Source of the DNA: Candidatus Hydrogenedentota bacterium
GTDB lineage: Bacteria > Hydrogenedentota > Hydrogenedentia > Hydrogenedentales > SLHB01
Assembly (NCBI GenBank): GCA_963745075.1
Contig: CAVUWV010000001.1
Location: forward strand, 320,001-384,000
Length of the DNA: 64,000 nucleotides
Direction of reading: 5' to 3'
Below the pieces are notes generated by a model that saw only the letters and a list, made by a program, of their open reading frames with translations, had not been told where the DNA came from and did not search any database. Positions 60,108 through 64,000 of this stretch are shown here, piece after piece; position 1 is the stretch's first letter; every line of letters begins with the position of its first letter. The position numbers were made by a program, and so were the translations under genes.

Positions 60108-60347
60108 TCTAACACATTAATGACCGCTGGGTTACAAGAATGGCTCGGCGGTCTTTGTTTTTGCCTGCCCGGTTTGTAAGTCCGCCCTGATGCCGAGGCA
60201 TCAACAATTCGAGCGTCACGCCAAAACGGTCCACGCGTGCGCGTAGTGTCCAATCGGTGTGCGTTCCTGCACTTTCGTTTCCCATGTCGCTCGTTGTGTA
60301 TCGTTGTTGGCTGACGTTCGCTTCGGGGATTACACGAGGTACGTGCC

Positions 60348-60885
60348 GTGTCGCGATGGAACCTTCTCGCCGGGGATTTCGGTCCGTCCGGCTTTTCTGA
60401 GTTCGTCGCCAAACTCGTCGATGGTGCGATTACCGGGAGCATCGGTGACCATTACGTACTATGGGAAACCGCTGACATCGGGCAATTGACCGGCGCACTA
60501 CGCATTGGTTGCCACGTTCTCTTGGTGAGCAACTTGTGGTATGTGGGCAGCGGGGATGCCGGGTTTGACCTTACGGTTGCGTCACTCGACTTCATGAGCC
60601 GACTTCGAGTGGCGACGGATGCACCGATTACTCGCGGTCTTCGGATATGCCGAGGAAGCGAACTACGCCGGCATGCTGATTCATGCAGGCGCCGACTTCG
60701 CGACTCGTGTTCCGTTTGATCCGAAGCTGTTTCAGGAAGGGTGTTGCGCTTTCTTACTCCCCTCCCGTGAAGATGCTGTAGTCGCGCATTACCTGCTAAT
60801 CGTATTGCGTGATTTGGTTAGGGCAGTGTATTATGGCGGGTGTACCGGGACGATGCAATATTACAACGCCACGGCACAAGTGTGA
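60348..60885 (+). pseudogene. Fragmented hypothetical gene
   Basis: Two overlapping + frames (60348-60719, 60619-60885) after GAGG; no recognisable family. Confidence 0.3.
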
Positions 60886-61057
60886 ACACGGTATCACTCG
60901 TCAAGCTGGTTTGAATGACGAATAGCCTAAGACGATTAGGATGAGAAGTAGAGATAAGAGCTAAGCGAACAAGTCGCTGGACATGTATCGCCTGGAGCAA
61001 CACCGGCTGCGCCGTCAGATGAACTGTCGGCGTGAGTGTTACCCAAGGAGAAGGCAA

Positions 61058-61332
61058 TGACCAAAAAGTATTGGCCAACGGAACGGCAGAAGCGAAGGCA
61101 ATGTCTGGCAGCAGTGATACTAACAATATGTGCTGTGCTCGACGCATACGTACTTCTTAGGAACTTCGATGCTTCGTATGTGTTGGTCGAGATTCTCCTG
61201 GTAGCGTGCGCGGTTTTGCAGTGGAGCATCTACCTCAGCATTCAGACACAACTCGACATTAAGGCAATCCTGACGAGTCAAGAACCAGATGACGATGGGG
61301 CGCATAACAAGCCGAATGCAGGAGACGCTTGA
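61058..61332 (+). CDS. Small 2-TM hypothetical protein, gene-cassette-like
   Basis: AAGGAG RBS; two hydrophobic segments; C-terminus HNKPNAGDA reads into an attC-like site. Confidence 0.55.
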
Positions 61333-61358
61333 CAGCGCTCTTAGTCCGTGACGTACCG
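61302..61358 (+). other. Degenerate attC-like site
   Basis: GCATAAC-aagcc-gaatgcaggagacgct-tgac-agcgctcttagtcc-gtga-CGTaccg. Confidence 0.45.
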
Positions 61359-61487
61359 CACCGATTGAGAATATACGCAAACAAGCTCCGCCGAATGGCA
61401 GGCCAAACACGATGAGGTGCTGCACGAAAAGTGGAGAGTTGACGAGGGTATCATGCGGCGAATTGACCAAGGGAAATGGGGGAACGT

Positions 61488-61950
61488 ATGGAGTACGACA
61501 CGTCGGTTGCGTTCCACGGGCCGGCCGGGGGAGCCATTGAAAAGGCGCGTTTGAGCGTCACGTCGAACGGCTTCAAACTGGGCCACGTCAGCGAGACGCA
61601 ACTGGTGGCGACCGGCCCGGGGATGCACAGCACGAAGCAGAGTCCGATACTGGGCGCAACGCGCATTACGATCACTGTTTCCGGAGGCTTTATCGACGTG
61701 CAGGCTGCACTTGGGGCGTCACGTTCATGCAACTGTTTGTGTTTCTCTTTCCTCCGGCTCTTGTGGGGATTCTGACCTTCAGCTTTTGCTTCAGGCCAGA
61801 AGTTCCGAAGCATATCTTACTCCTACCGCTTGCGCGACTTTTGCCATGGGCGGTTATATCGCCCTGATGGCCCGGGGCATCAAGAACCGGACGAGGGAGG
61901 CACTGGATGATTTCGCCCAGTACATTGCATTCGTTGGGTTGACGGATTAA
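61488..61950 (+). pseudogene. Frameshifted hypothetical membrane protein, cassette-like
   Basis: MEYDTSV...GPGMHSTKQSPILGA..., hydrophobic middle in another frame, ...MARGIKNRTREALDD..., stop TAA inside an attC-like R'' box. Confidence 0.45.
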
Positions 61951-61991
61951 CCAGCGCATGCGGCAGTCCGCGGATACGCCGAACGTCAGGC
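61945..61991 (+). other. Degenerate attC-like site
   Basis: GATTAAC-ca-gcgcatgcgg-cagt-ccgcggatacgc-cgaac-GTCAGGC. Confidence 0.45.
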
Positions 61992-62432
61992 AGCGGCCAA
62001 TGCGCTCTCCTTAGTGAAGTACCCCAGCGCCGGTTGAAAAGGGCCTTAGGCGTTAGCCTACTTGGCGGATTGGGTTGCGAGGAGATGGGGCTGACCTGGC
62101 CCTGAGTTTCTGCGAAAGGCGTCGATGTGCGGAAGGCTACCTCAGGAGGGTTGAGAATTCCAGACTAAACTTTCTTCCGCGGCCCATCCATGGTCAACCC
62201 AGAACCGTTGGGCGCCGTTTCGGAAGATTTCGGCTGGGATGGCGGTGCGTTGACATTTGGTCACACCGGACTATAGCCTTCGCTGCGCAACTCTTCGGTC
62301 AGGGTAGCAATCGTCGTATGACAGTGGATCGACTCTTTGGCGATTCATGATGGGAACACCGCATTCCGTCGCGGGAGAAGCAGGGGCGCCGCAGCGAGTG
62401 GGCGCGACCGTTACCGACGGGGAGGTTATGGG

Positions 62433-63458
62433 ATGTCGCGATATCTGGCCGGTTCTTGGCGGTCCGGAATCCGAGTGGCGTTGGTATCCGGCGTACTCGT
62501 TTTCATCGTCTGTGTCACGACGGGATGTCCAACCAGCCCACCTTATATCGAGATCAGCGAATCGCAGCACGTGTTCGGGCAGGATGAAAACCAGTGGGTG
62601 TTTCACGTTCGGAACAGTGGTGGGAGGGGGGCTATGTTCTTCCAGGTCGCCGCAACTGTTTCGTGGCTGGAGGTGCGGCCGGAGCGAGCGTTCAGCCTGG
62701 GTCCGAATGACCTGGTACCGGTTTGGGTTCACGTTCGCCGGTCTTCCATTCCGAAGGCTTCGGTACAAGCGCGGGTCGTCGTGTCATCTACGCAGGCGCC
62801 CTATGACAGCGCTGCAGCAGTTTATCTGGATACCGGAAGCTCGGACGAAGTCTTTGTGCGGGATTACTTCCCGTTGCGTAAGGGGGCTACGTGGCGGTAT
62901 TCGCCTTCGGGGCTGAAAGGATCGCCCGGCGAACCGTGGAGTGAGCTGCAAATACAACGGGTCTTCTACCGGGGCGGCATTCGTGTCGCGGAGGCGACCT
63001 ATCGTATTGCCGGCGAGGCCAAGGTTGCCGTCGTGTACATCGCGTTGATTTCTGAGATACCGGTGGTGGTGAGGAGTAACACGCGAGCAATTCAGTCGCT
63101 GCCAAATACCGAGCGATTTTGGGATCTTGCATTTGACGACGTTGTTCCGTCGTGGTTATTTACCGGCGTATATGAACCGGGGGTCGATCAACTGAACTCC
63201 AACACGACTCGGTACAGCACGGCGCCTTTGAACGATCTGACCCCCATTCATGTTGAAAGCGGCGACCTTGGACCCTACGAGTCCGGCGCGTTCGGGGTAG
63301 ACGGCGATACGCCCTGCCTCGCGACGCATACGCCGACGGGGCCTCCGTGGTCGGATGTGCGCTACTACGTCGATCTGTTAGGGCGTGGTATTGGCCCGTT
63401 GCTTGATCCTTTTGGCAATGGCGCGTTGATTTTCTTCGATCCGGGCGAAACACCGTAA
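62433..63458 (+). CDS. Hypothetical lipoprotein with a BACON/Ig-like N-terminal domain
   Basis: Lipobox TTGC-P; F.VRNSGG...SWLEV.P; DYFPL..GATWRY. Confidence 0.6.
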   Translation: MSRYLAGSWRSGIRVALVSGVLVFIVCVTTGCPTSPPYIEISESQHVFGQDENQWVFHVRNSGGRGAMFFQVAATVSWLEVRPERAFSLGPNDLVPVWVHVRRSSIPKASVQARVVVSSTQAPYDSAAAVYLDTGSSDEVFVRDYFPLRKGATWRYSPSGLKGSPGEPWSELQIQRVFYRGGIRVAEATYRIAGEAKVAVVYIALISEIPVVVRSNTRAIQSLPNTERFWDLAFDDVVPSWLFTGVYEPGVDQLNSNTTRYSTAPLNDLTPIHVESGDLGPYESGAFGVDGDTPCLATHTPTGPPWSDVRYYVDLLGRGIGPLLDPFGNGALIFFDPGETP

Positions 63459-63736
63459 CCACGTTCTACGCGGGTGTGGGCTATCGGCATCTGCTGGAGC
63501 GGCGGAAACCACGGAATCTGGATCGTTCGCTCTCGGCGAAACCTTCACGACGATGTGAGAAGAATCTCGCGCAGCAAAGAGCCGGTTGGGCTGGTTCGCG
63601 TGCTCTTCCGGAATTCTTGCCCGGTTTTTGGAATCATTTCGTACATTGCGCGTTTTCGTGCACGTCCCTATAATCAGCGCCGGATCGGTTTTTCATTGAA
63701 CGATAGTGCTTCGGAACCATTGGATGTGTGCGTGCC

Positions 63737-64000
63737 ATGGGCAGATGGCTTCTTCATAGTCTTCAGGGTAGGGTGCTGCTGACGCTGTTGGTGCTTGCGA
63801 TGGCGCCGTTGGGAATAGCGGCGTTTCAGGGGTACCACTGCGCCCGGCAAGCGGTAAACGATCTGGTGCAGAAACACTTGCTGTCGGTTGTGCGGACGCG
63901 GGAAGCCATGATCGAGGCGTGGTATGGTGAGCGGGTGAAGGACATCAAGACCGTGGCATCGTTGCCGGATGTGGTCAAGAAGGTTCTGAAGGCGGATTCG
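63737..64000 (+). CDS. N-terminus of a membrane sensor (dCache-type histidine kinase or chemoreceptor), truncated by the window edge
   Basis: MGRWLLHSLQGRVLLTLLVLAMAPLGIAAF...LLSVVRTREAMIEAWYGERVKDI, open to the window end. Confidence 0.65.
   Translation, partial: MGRWLLHSLQGRVLLTLLVLAMAPLGIAAFQGYHCARQAVNDLVQKHLLSVVRTREAMIEAWYGERVKDIKTVASLPDVVKKVLKADS

Overview
High-GC bacterial chromosomal segment. The gene content (DUF1559/H-X9-DG prepilin-like protein, 'GCP' lipoprotein, cohesin protein, TAT FAD oxidoreductase) suggests Candidatus Hydrogenedentota or a PVC-like lineage, by inference only. Housekeeping blocks: an aminoethylphosphonate operon (OPA-family MFS, phnW, phnX), dcd, a ccsA-hemA-hemC-cobA/hemD-hemB tetrapyrrole operon, flagellar export genes fliQ-fliR-flhB-flhA-flhF-flhG, nadC-birA-coaX-lptC-lptA-lptB, hisS, purE, a carbamoyltransferase/SxtJ/DUF5989 triad, a sugar ABC transporter, an RlmI-like methyltransferase and tRNA-Ala(GGC). 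Accessory DNA: an IS200/REP-type HUH transposase with palindromic ends and a 54-bp tandem array; several REP families and same-orientation simple-sequence repeats; a decayed attC-like cassette stretch after the tRNA. The most striking locus is an orphan terminase-like pair (HGG zinc-finger TerS-like gene plus TerL) with no other phage genes in the window. It carries intragenic palindromic insertions and an abrupt C-rich to G-rich strand-skew flip. Several conserved genes carry single-base frameshifts that probably reflect consensus errors.
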